Shown one piece after another: positions 23,636 to 34,197 of a stretch of 37,522 bases of DNA. Made by a program: the position numbers and the translations under genes. The stretch's first letter is position 1. The number at the start of each line of letters is the position of its first letter. Where the stretch lies: contig NW_025214560.1 of the NCBI RefSeq assembly GCF_004010195.1, forward strand, positions 8,500 through 46,021, written 5' to 3'. Under the pieces are notes generated by a model. The model saw only the letters and a program-made list of their open reading frames with translations, was not told where the DNA came from and searched no databases. The stretch comes from Chiloscyllium plagiosum. Lineage: Eukaryota.

Positions 23636-24820
23636 AACTTTTTGAATCAGCTTGACATTTTCAAATTCATGAAGGGTCCAAAGAGAGAAAATAAGGAAGG
23701 AAAATGCTCCAACGGATGAAAGTGACTAGAACAGCTTGGCAGCGATTGACGGTCATCAGGAAAGGAAGTGGAAGTGACATGAGGAAGAATGGGTTCGCAC
23801 AGGGACTGGCACATGTCCATAAATTACTATCGGACAGTGACAAAGGTTCTGATTTGATGGACAGAAAGGGGAATTCGATGCTTACGTGAAAAGGATCCAT
23901 TTCAGAGTGACATGGAGAGAGCAATAGAATGGTACTGGAGAGCTAGCAGAGAGAAGGTGAGCTGCAAGACCTCCGTCTGTGGTACGGCACACTTTGTGAT
24001 TCTGTGTGAAACCAGATTTGGAACAACAGAATCTGGGAAGTTTGACAACGTGTTTATTTACACAACAGAATATTACACAACAGCAAATAAAGAGTTATGA
24101 CATCATTCTTAACGTTACATGCTTCTTGCCACATGGACAACTGAGTATTTCTCTGAATCACTGAAAATGGTCTTCACAGATATTGACATCAGGTGTGAGG
24201 AATGGCGCTTTCGGAACGAATGGTGTGTAACCCCGTGATCAATGCCGTCTCTTCCTGTGTGGCAGTTCCATGAGCACTGCAATTTGCTGTGCTTCCAGTC
24301 AAGTAGATGCTAACATATATTACGTAAAACATTGTGAAGCTAACACAGAGGAGGTGATACGCTTGTGAACGTTTGAATGCCCGTACCCCATCTCTGTTGG
24401 TCTGCTGTTGCTGGGAGCCATTTCTTACTGAAACCCCTGTCATTCTGCTGCAACAAGAGGAGTTGGAGTCTCCTGATCTATTGAAGTATAAATTGGGGAC
24501 CATTCAGTAACAAAATGTCAGTACATGTTATTAACACCACGCTGACCGCAAATGAACGAAGCGACTGCCCAGAGATTCGGCTGCGTGATTATACCCCATG
24601 ATGAACAGTTTGTGTTTTCATTATCATGGTGGGAAAACTGAACATTTACCCAAACAATGGGCATCCACCTACACGTAACATTGTTCACAAATAAAACTGA
24701 CAACAAATCATCTCGTGTGCTGGAAAGGAACTGAAAAGAACACTTTGACCAGTGAATACCGCCGACAGCAAACTCTGTTGCCATGTAAAATTCAGGGAGG
24801 GAAACCTTCACAACACACTG

Positions 24821-24893
24821 TGAGCCAGGTGTGATTTGAACACACAGCTCTCTGAGTAGGAGTCAGACACGCCACAAGCCAATAGCCACACTC
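24821..24893 (-). pseudogene. tRNA-like pseudogene or isolated SINE head (tRNA-Trp-like body, CCT at the anticodon position)
   Basis: Minus strand has anticodon arm TCTGA-ctCCTac-TCAGA and T arm GTGTG-TTCAAAT-CACAC. The acceptor stem and D arm are poor. Confidence 0.55.
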
Positions 24894-25303
24894 TTGTTGC
24901 TGTGCTCCTTCAAGGAAGATATCGTACTGTGATAATTTTACATTAAGACTAGCAATACAGGTCAAATATTAATGCATGTTCTGTCTCGTTCGCTCTCTGT
25001 TCTTCTGTCGCTCAAAACAATGTAACCTTCTGCTGTCTGCTTTTACTTCCCCTCTGACTCCCTCATTTCTCTCTTTTACAATTCAATGTATCTACTCCAT
25101 TCTACTTGGCCTTTCCCCTCCTGCTTCATAGATTCGGCTCTAAACTTGTCTCTGCGGAGACTCATTTGAGACTGTACGTCATAGGGTGGATTCAGGACAG
25201 AGACAACGAGAGACAAAGAATTTGCGTGGGGTTAAGAAAACACGGACAGGGTTCCTTCCCATTTTCCTGTTATTGTTCAGGCTGCAGATTTACGTTGTAT
25301 TAC

Positions 25304-25451
25304 TGGCCAAGCTAAATTGCCCATCGTGTTAGGTGAAGGGGTAGATGTAGGGGAATGGGTCTGGATGGGTTGCCCTTCGGAGGGTCGGTGTGGACTTGTT
25401 GGGATGAAGGGCCTGTTTCAACACTGTAAAGTAATCTAATCTAATCTAATC
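25304..25451 (+). mobile_element. HE1 SINE 3' fragment
   Basis: Matches 3702-3835 and ends GTAATCTAATCTAATCTAATC. Confidence 0.88.
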
Positions 25452-26103
25452 CATATACACAGACTTTTACTGGTGACATGGATGAGTTTGCAGTGACTGG
25501 GATCAGGCAGGCACAATGAAAGCCTCAGCCTGTATTTTGATAAAGTAAAACTGGTCGAGGACAATTGCTCTTTCAGTAACTGTGGTCTGAAGATGGACCT
25601 CGCTGACACCCAGATGTTGATGTAGGTCGAAAGTGGAAAGAGTTTCAGCTGATGGAATTTATCTTGGTGGTAAATTAGAAAGCAAACAAAACAGGAATAA
25701 TCTCGGGATTATGATTTAATGATACTGGGGTCAAGGTCCTTTGGAAAATTTGTTAACCGGGGTCTGTCGTTAGGACTTTAAATTAAATCATGGGAGTTGA
25801 CTTCATTTGCATAGAAAACTGCGGAAAAAAAATTAAAAGCTTTGTGTCACGAATAGTTTTTTGGAAGAAACGTCTCATCGCAGGAAAAAAAACTATGCTG
25901 TTAAGAGAAGATGCAATTGCACCTGCCGTCCTAAACGTCAGCTAGTGGTTACAGTTCAGCACTATCACCGCTGTGGATTGGGTTCATTGACTGGTCAGGG
26001 AATCAGGATTATTGTTCCTGATAAGGACAACAACAAAAGCGGAGCATCTTTGACAGGAAACGCATTTTACACGCGTCCGCATGTGCCTTGAAATATTACT
26101 GCA

Positions 26104-26320
26104 GGGCCGCAAGGTGGCTCACTGGTTAGCATTGCTGCCTCACAGAGCCAGAGACATGGTTTGAATCCAAATGGGTCGACTGTCAGTAAGGTGCATTATT
26201 CAGGAACAAATGAAGAGTAATAGGGTAAGGAATTGTTCTGTGGGGGTTAATCCTTGGAGGATTGGTGTGAATCTGTTGCATCAAATGGCCAGTTTCTTAA
26301 CTGTCGGCATTCTATGATAC
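26104..26320 (+). mobile_element. Old HE1-family SINE with internal deletion
   Basis: Head GGGCCGCAAGGTGGCTCACTGGTTAGCATTGCTGCCTCACAG and tail ATTCTATGAT. Confidence 0.7.
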
Positions 26321-27239
26321 CTTACTGTGTTGTTTTAGCACATGTTCAGAGAGGGGAGGAAAGTGAAGAAAAACAGTCATTTCCCAGTCAGTTGTTGATC
26401 CATTGTGTGATAACCAACCGATTCACCTGTGACTGAACTATCTCCCATCTTCCCTACACTGGTAATGACAGTATACAACATTCGAGCATGTTTTCATGTG
26501 TTGCATTGGAACAGCATCCTTTCTCAAGATGGACTTCCCTGGGATATAAAGAGATGATAAAAGACATGGATGCCGATGACTGGAATCAAAAAATGTCAGG
26601 AAGAATGGACAGCGTCTACTGGGAAACAAAAAAGAATGGAAAGGAAGCCAACGAAGTACTGGGGTATAACGCCATTAGAAAAGACAAGGCGGGGTTTCAT
26701 GGAATGGTGGAACAGATGAATAAATCATGTGGCGTGAAACCAGGTAAAACTGAGTTGCGTCCATATGGAAGTTTCCCTGATGATGTGAATTTGCTGAGAG
26801 TAAACAGGAGGGAAAATCCTTCATTCAGATGGATCTATAACTAGACTTTCGAACTTCAAAACCAGCGATGAATGATAAGGAAATGTTTGGAGCACTTTTG
26901 TTTTCATTCTACAGTAATTGAAATCGAAAATGATTATTTTTCAGGAAAAATGTGTCAGAAGCTGATTCTAAAGTATTTGTAAAAATGCGTGCAGAAACAT
27001 AATGAGTGAATTTCACCAAGACAGGGCGTCTGGTCGGCCGGGTTGGGTAAGCGTTAGGTGCACAATTTCTAATTGGTTAACGTTAATTGGAAATGTACCA
27101 CATATCACCTCCAACTGAGTACAACTATGTGTAGAAAGTGCTGGTTGTGAAGAAAGGTTTAGCAGCTTGTTCTCCGTGAACTTCCATAAATTGTAAAAGA
27201 ACTGAGCTGTTTCTGTTAGCTCAGCATTAAAGGGAAGTC

Positions 27240-27480
27240 GGTAAGCTCAGTCCGCTGCATAATTGGTTTATGATATAAAATGATGCCAACAGTGTGGGAT
27301 TAATTATCGCAATGTCTCAGTTTACCACCAGAATCCCGATCTCCCCACTCAACTAACCCTTTAAACGATGGCGACAATCAAAGCGAAATTATACAATAGT
27401 GAGTGGGAAATGACCTATCGATGGAATGCACCATTTTCTTTTCACCTATTGCCTTGGACATTTGGCTGCAATCACAGAGA
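27240..27480 (+). mobile_element. Possible old tRNA-derived SINE
   Basis: GCTCAGT (A-box-like) ... TGATGCCAACAGTGTGGGATTAATT (decayed B box) resembles a shark SINE head as I recall it. Confidence 0.35.
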
Positions 27481-27828
27481 AGGGAGTGACACCGTTTGCT
27501 GCTCACCCATCTCCCCCCAAAATATCCAGTGACAAGACTCGAAAAATGTTCCTGTTTGAATCCTATAATCTTTAAAGCAGTAAAATCAGTAACATGAAAC
27601 GAACTAAACATCCTTTCCAGAATTCAACACTGCACAGGATCAGCGATATGAGGAACGTCAACGTCTTCAAACGTCACCTCTGTATCTCTATTGAGAGATG
27701 GATATTTACTCAGGGAGTATTTCTGCTGGTTGTAAGTAACTGAGGTATTTCCCAAGGACAGAACACTCCACAAAATCATTTTTTAAAAAATAAATGCCGT
27801 TTCAATCAACGTTCTTTTGCAACTTTTA

Positions 27829-27896
27829 AATATATATGCGCACACGCACACATGTAAGTGCACACACATTTTTATATACATGTATATATGTGCGTG

Positions 27897-27953
<57 letters not shown>

Positions 27954-27957
27954 ATAT
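27829..27957. repeat. Compound (TA)n/(CA)n microsatellite
   Basis: Directly visible dinucleotide runs. Confidence 0.95.
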
Positions 27958-27999
27958 TAGTGGACAATATTAGGAATGAATGGCCAGACATTTAAATTT

Positions 28000-30900
28000 C
28001 TTTCTGTAGAATGTGAGAGGTAAGGTTCTTCAATAATGTCCCAGATATCCACATGTGCGGAAAGTGCACCCAACTCCAGTTCCTCGACAACTGCGTTCGG
28101 GAACTGTAGCTGGATGTCAGATCATTTTGAAGTCTGAGTGGAATTGAGCGAAGTTATAGGGAGGCAGTAACACTTCAGGTACAAGAAATAGATAAATGAG
28201 ATACAGTCGGGAGATGAAACACTAACAGGCAGGCAGTGCAGGCACCTGCTGTGGCCGTGCCCCTCAGTAACATGTATACCATATTTGTTATTTTTGGGCT
28301 GGATGACTTACGACGGGTAAGCCATGGGGTACAGGTGTCTGGCACAGAGTTTGCCCCTTTTTCTGAGACGGGTGGGGGAGAGAGGAGGAGAGCATTTGTT
28401 ATTGGGGACTCCATATCGATGGGAACAGGTTGAGATTCTGTGGATATAGGGCAGACTCATGATTGGTATGTTGTTTCCCAGCTACCAGGGTTTGTGATGT
28501 CTCGCATCGTGTTTTCAGGATCCTTAAGGGAGAGGGGGAGCAACCCCAAGTCATTGTCCACATATGCACCAACAACATCGGTAATAAAACTGATGTGGAT
28601 GTATGGCAGAATTTCAGGGATCGAGGGTGACATCTTAAATCTAGAACAAACAGATTTGTTCTCTCTGATTTGTTGCCCATTCTACATGGTAGTAAGGTGA
28701 AGTGTCGGGAGAGAGCAGTTGAAAATGTTGTGACAAGGATGGTGCAGGAGGGAGAGATTCCGACACCTGGATTGTTGGGGTTCATACTGGAGTCGGTGAA
28801 CCTTTACAAACAGGATGTCTTCCCCTGAATCAGAAGAGTACCAATACCCTGAGGGGATAATTTGCTAAAGCTCTTCATGAGGGTTTGATTGAATTCAGCC
28901 GCGGAGTGGGAAGCTGAATTGTAGCTCTAGTTTGCAGGTGGTTGTGAGTGGTTTTGTCATAAATAGCGTTTCAGGTTTAAAGAGTGTACTGGCAAGGATG
29001 AAGGTGGCTTGAAGTGTGTTTACTTTAACGCCAGAAGCATCTGGGATAAGGTAGGTGCCATGGGTTGTTACCTGTGACTTCGATGTTGTGGCCATTTCAG
29101 AGACATGAACGGAGGACTGAAGGGAATAGTTGTTCCTGGTACCTCAGTTTCGATTTTTCAGTCAGAACAGGAGGGTCGTTTCAGAGGGAGATATGTGGCA
29201 TTATTCGTCAAGGACAGTACTATGGTAGCAAAATGGATATTGGTCAGGACGTGACTGAATCTGCTGTGGTAGAATGGACTGAGATTAGAATAAGGAATGG
29301 AGAGGTCACCACAAAAATGTTCTAGATATATGGAGGAAAAGATTGCAAAGATGATTCTGGATAGGAACAAAAATGACAGGGAAATTGTTATGGGGAGCTT
29401 TAACTTTCCAAATATTGATTGGCAATGTTATCGGTTNNNNNNNNNNNNNNNNNNNNNNNNNNNNNNNNNNNNNNNNNNNNNNNNNNNNNNNNNNNNNNNN
29501 NNNNNNNNNNNNNNNNNNNNNNNNNNNNNNNNNNNNNGAGCTGGGTTTACTGAAGAAGTTGAATCTTTTGAGAAGAAGGAGAAGGAGGCGTATGTAAACA
29601 TGAGATATGAAGGCTGAGGTAGGACGCTTGGGAATTAAAAGCTAACCAGGAAGGGCCTAAAGAGAGAGCTACTTCGAGCTAAGAGGAGGCATGAGAAGTC
29701 TTTGTCTGGCAGGAACAATGAAAATCCTGAAGCTTTCAATTGGTAATTCAAGAATAAAAGAATGTCTAGCATATGATTATGGCCTGTCAAGAACAGAAGT
29801 ACGAAGTTGTTAGCGGAGTCCAAGGATATCAGAGACGCTGAATGTATGTATTTTTATCATATCTAAAATGAAAATGACAATGCTATCGAAGAGAGTATTG
29901 AGATGCAACCTAATGGAATAAATGAAATTGACATTCACAAAGAGGAGTTGTTAGCAATTCTTGAAAGTCTAAAAATAGGTTTGTCCCCTGGACTTGATGG
30001 GATGTATCCGAGGATTCACTGCAAATCGTGGAAGGAGATTGCAGAACTTTTGACTATAAGCTTTATTTCATCAGTGTTTATGTTATTAGTGCTAGGAGAT
30101 CCGAGTTTAGCAAATATTGTCCCCTTCTTCATGAAGGGGAGTAGAGACGATGCTGATAATTATACAACAGTGATCCTTAGCTTTCTTGCAGCTAACTTTT
30201 TGGAACAGATTATGAGAGATAGGATTTATGATCATCAAAAAAGGAAGAAGTTGATTCGGGATAGTGAGTACGATTTTATGAATAGCAGGTTGTGCCTCAC
30301 AAACCTTATTGAGGTCTTTGAGAAGGTGAGAAAACAGGTGGATGAGAGTTAAGTGGTTGATGTGCTGGCTATGGTTTTCAGTAAGGCACTGTCGGCTATT
30401 GCATGAAATACAGAGTCATGGGACTGAGGATGGTGTAGCGGTTTGGATCAGAAATTGGCTCGCTGAAAGAAGACAGAGTGTGGCAATTCATGGGAAATGA
30501 TGATCCTGGAGTTCAGTTACTGATGGTGTACCATAAGGCTCCTTTTTGTATCCATTGTTGTTTGTCATTTTTATAAATGACCTCGATTAGGGCATGGAAT
30601 GATGGATTCGTAAATTTGCAGATGACATTAAGCTCGACGATCTTGTCAATAGTGCCAATATCTGCTGACGGTTACAGAGGGACTTGGATAATCTGCAGAG
30701 CTGACCTCAGAAGTGGCAAATGGAGTTTAATGTGGAAAAGTGTGAGATAATTTACTTCGGAAGGAGTTCTTGGCTAATTGTAATACTCTTGGAAGTTTAG
30801 ATGTGCAGAGTGATCTCCGTGCTCATGTATATAATTCTCGGAAAGGTATCACCTACGTTGACAGGTTTGTTTGCAAGGAGCACGGTGTGTTAGTTTTTCT

Positions 30901-31470
30901 TAGGAGAGGGATTCAGGTTCAGAGCAAAATGATCACTTTGCAGCTCCAGAAATTATCTGGTGTGGCTGCATTCGTAGAGTTGCGTGCATTTTTGGTCGGC
31001 ACATTATACGATGGATGTGAAAGCATTGGAAAGGGTGCAGAGGACATTTTCTAGAATGTTGCCTTCTATAGAGAGATGGTCTTACGAGGAAAGGTTGAGC
31101 GACTTGAGGCGGTTTTTGACAGCGAGAAGACGTTTGAGGGGTGAATTTAGAGAGACATAAAGATGATCAGAGGTTTCCATAAGGTGGACAGTGAAGGCAT
31201 TTTTCTTCAAATGGTAATTTTGGTACAAGGGCACATCGATGTAAATTGAGGGTGATAGATACCGAGGTAGGTTCCTTTATCAGTGAGTGGTAAGGGTGCT
31301 GAACGCCTTGCCTTCAACACTCGTAGACTCAACAACTTTCAGGGCAATGAATTAGTCATTGTATAAACTTGCGGCTTATGATGGTAAAATACTAGTCAAA
31401 TTGGTATCACAGGTCGGTGCAACGTTAGGGCCAAACTGAACTTTATTGCGGTGTAATATTCAATGTTTGA
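28000..31470 (+). mobile_element. Second near-full-length CR1 LINE, more decayed, spanning a gap
   Basis: ORF1 has HMCGKCTQLQ and FVIGDSI. ORF2 has LKCVYFNARSI, VMGSFNFPNIDW, SPGLDGMYPRI, ANIVPFFMKG, CLTNLIEVFE and the RT catalytic KFADD at about 30612-30626. Confidence 0.9.
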
Positions 31471-32404
31471 ACTGTTCTTCAGCTTGAAGTTGCATTCATC
31501 TCTAGTCACTATCAGTAAAACTAACACCTGGCGAGAACCGAATGTGCAACTTTGGCACCTTACGCAATCCCATTCTGTCGTGCAAGTACAGCAAACTGAC
31601 GAATTGCATCACTGTACTGCCGTGTACTAATGACCAATGGCTACTGATCTTACCACTGGGCCCCTCAAACCAATTACTCCTTTTTTGCTGAAGATCTGAA
31701 ATGAACCACAGCGCAGAGGAGGTTATACTGATGATGGATCATCGATTATGGAGCATGAGGTTCAGGAAAATGACATAGTAAAATGTGGTGATAATAGGCA
31801 TTATTGAATTCTGTGTTCGTTTAACGTGGCTTCCAGCGTTGATCACAGGCAATGTTATGTCGCCACTGTACTGGGATTTTCCTTCTATCGGTATCAATTC
31901 GTCAGAGAATTCGATTCACTGCTACTTCACCAGCATCCTTTGGAATGTTCGTAGGGCACAATGACCCACACTGTACACAACGTCAACAATCTTCTGCATT
32001 ACGACATCCAAGGGCACGTGGCATAGTTTTTATAAACAGTGAAAATTGAATAATGTTATGCAAGGGCAAATTGAATTTTAGTTTAATTAGTAAAGTCGCA
32101 AGAATCCAGAGTAAGTTTCAAAATGTCAGAAATTCACGTTCATTCCAGCCCAGCAAAGGGGAAATCTGTCCCTGAATCCCCAGCATCCATGTAATCGCTT
32201 GCTCCATGTGTCCACTTGGAAACCTGTGTGAAAGGATGTTCAGCCTGTCAGAGAACTTGTGAGAACCCTCCACTGTCTGACCTAAAGCTGAAACAGGAGC
32301 TATCTATTCCAGCTTGGAGGGTAGCGAAGTGGAGGTGAGACAAAAAATATTAATTGGTGTAGATTCACATTGTTCTCATTGTGATTGTTTAAAAACCTGG
32401 GCCA

Positions 32405-32620
32405 GAAAAGACGCAAGCAGAAAGGAGCAGAAGTAGGCCATTCATAACAGCGCTCCTGCCCCCGCCACGCCATTCTGTACCATCATAGCTCACACAGCAC
32501 TTTTATGTCTTTTTCCAGCGTATACATATCATCGTATTGCCAAGTGGCTAACACATATTTATCGATCTCTACCATAAATAGACATCGAAGTTATTCATCG
32601 CTGAGAGGAAAATGTTGCAT
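32405..32620 (-). mobile_element. Decayed CR1 3' end
   Basis: AGGAGCAGAAGTAGGCCATTC...GCCATTC..ATCATAGCT resembles a reverse-strand CR1 3' UTR. Confidence 0.45.
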
Positions 32621-33066
32621 TTCGAGACAGTTGGGTTTCTGCATGAATGTTATTGGTTTTGCAGATGAGCAGCCGAGTCTGGTCTGAACACCTTTCAAAC
32701 CATAAACTAAAACTCGACTCTGATGAGATTTGCATCCACAACTTTTGAATGGAAGTCTTAAGAAAGGCGTAGAAATTCAATACGCTTTCCGTTGCACCAC
32801 AGAGTCGCGGCCTCACCCAGTTTTCAGCACAAAAGTTTGCCTTAGAACGATTTCGTTCGGGACACCCATCTCACATCTGTCTGACCTCGTCACACTTTCC
32901 AGAATCTGGTCCTTATCCACGTGTGCTCTGAATCTTCAAGTGTTCCGCTACATACTGCTGAAATGTCNNNNNNNNNNNNNNNNNNNNNNNNNNNNNNNNN
33001 NNNNNNNNNNNNNNNNNNNNNNNNNNNNNNNNNNNNNNNNNNNNNNNNNNNNNNNNNNNNNNNNNN

Positions 33067-33470
33067 TAGGTGGGTGAAAAATGTGGAAGAGGGCGGACAG
33101 GATCCAAAATGATTGAACTCGATGTTGGGTCCTGAAATCTGCATGGTCTTTCAGTACAAAATGAGTTGCCGATCTTCCAGCTTGTGCTGTGCCTTGAAGG
33201 AGAACTGCAGGAGACCAAAGACTGGTATGATGGCTTGGGTACACAATGCAATGTTAAAGTGACAGGACACTGAAAGACCGGTGTAATTTTTGTTGATTCT
33301 GGACAGAACTTAAGTGATCTCAGCTTTGTCACCGACTCTGTTTTCCTCCCTCCATTGTAGAGAGATCACATTCTCAGCAGGAACTACAATTTTCTGGATT
33401 GAATGAAGTGCAGACAAATCACTGGAAGATGTGTCTGGAAGTTTCCACAGTGAGGAGAGACATCGGAAAC
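33067..33470 (-). mobile_element. Penelope-like GIY-YIG C-terminal fragment
   Basis: Minus strand reads HFNIALCTQAIIPVFGLLQFSFKAQHKLEDRQLILY*KTMQISGPNIEFNHF, equivalent to the HFN...LEE.HLI..L.T..P.G.N..F end of Penelope ORFs. Confidence 0.7.
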
Positions 33471-33489
33471 CAGCAGGAAATGTATCTTA

Positions 33490-33555
33490 CAACATAGAAC
33501 GTTACAGTGCAGTACAGGCACTTCGGCTCTCGATGTTGCACCGACCTGTGAAAAT
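33490..33555 (-). mobile_element. Short CR1 3'-tail fragment
   Basis: AACATAGAAC...CAGTACAGGC.CTTCGGC.CTCGATGTTG is similar to 22635-22690. Confidence 0.7.
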
Positions 33556-33599
33556 AATGGGATGTCCATTGCAATGGAAAATTAACATTTCTTTTGAAA

Positions 33600-34197
33600 C
33601 CAATAAAAGCACAGGGGAACAAAAAAGTAAGGGCCTGACTTTGCAGAGGGCAAGTGTTGCAGACAGAAATAAAATATATGTATATTTAAACCGAACTAAT
33701 AGCAGACGTACAATGCCAGCAAACTACCATATCAACAGCCAAGGAAGTAGAAAAAAAAAACAACTCCTTATCTGGAAAGGGAACTCGAATGTTTCAGGCC
33801 ACTGACCTTGAAGTGTTGCTAAGAAGAAGCGAATTGTACCTTAAAGGGAATATGTGAAAGCTATCAGGCGCCCATTACATGAGGCGTCTTGCCAATGTAT
33901 TACCTGGGACACAGGAAACCTGAATTTGATGGAACTGCACGCGCTACATGCTGAAAACTTTCTTGCCCAAGAGAAGGAAAAACGGAAATTAAAGATGGAA
34001 CAGCAAACACATAAGGCTCAGCTGACTATGACGCAAATGGTCTCCCAGCCTTTGGAAGGAGGTGCTGCGTGAAAAGAAGGGCTGGCAGAGGTAAATCTGA
34101 CGGGTGCTTTGTTTGCAGAGCAATGGACCACTGAGTGAGGCGGTGCACGCCCAGACAGCCTCAATTGGCTCTGGAGGCTGGGCAGCAGGGTGACTAA
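33600..34197 (+). pseudogene. gag: ERV gag C-terminal part (capsid end, coiled coil, zinc knuckle)
   Basis: CITWDTGNL..LHALHAE..QLTMTQ, then CFVCRAMDH*VRRC (CX2CX4HX4C) at 34105-34146, and stop TAA at 34195-34197. Confidence 0.75.

Larger units (their letters stand above)
23700..27731 (+). pseudogene. Unidentified multi-exon pseudogene (exons about 23700-23956, 25577-25669, 26515-26743, 27621-27731)
   Basis: Canonical AG/GT boundaries with compatible phases (0, 0, 1). Exon 26515-26743 is fully open; the others carry in-frame TGA or TAA. I do not recognise the product. Confidence 0.5.

Noticed and set aside
26488..26844. MHC class I alpha-1 or RNase L KEN-domain identity for this ORF (DSVYWET; FSRWTS)
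   Set aside because: Only a few residues match, the exon phases do not fit MHC, and no alpha-2, alpha-3 or kinase exons are nearby.
23700..27731. Selenoprotein reading of the in-frame TGA codons
   Set aside because: A TAA and an apparent frameshift also occur, CGA-to-TGA decay explains the TGAs, and I saw no SECIS element.
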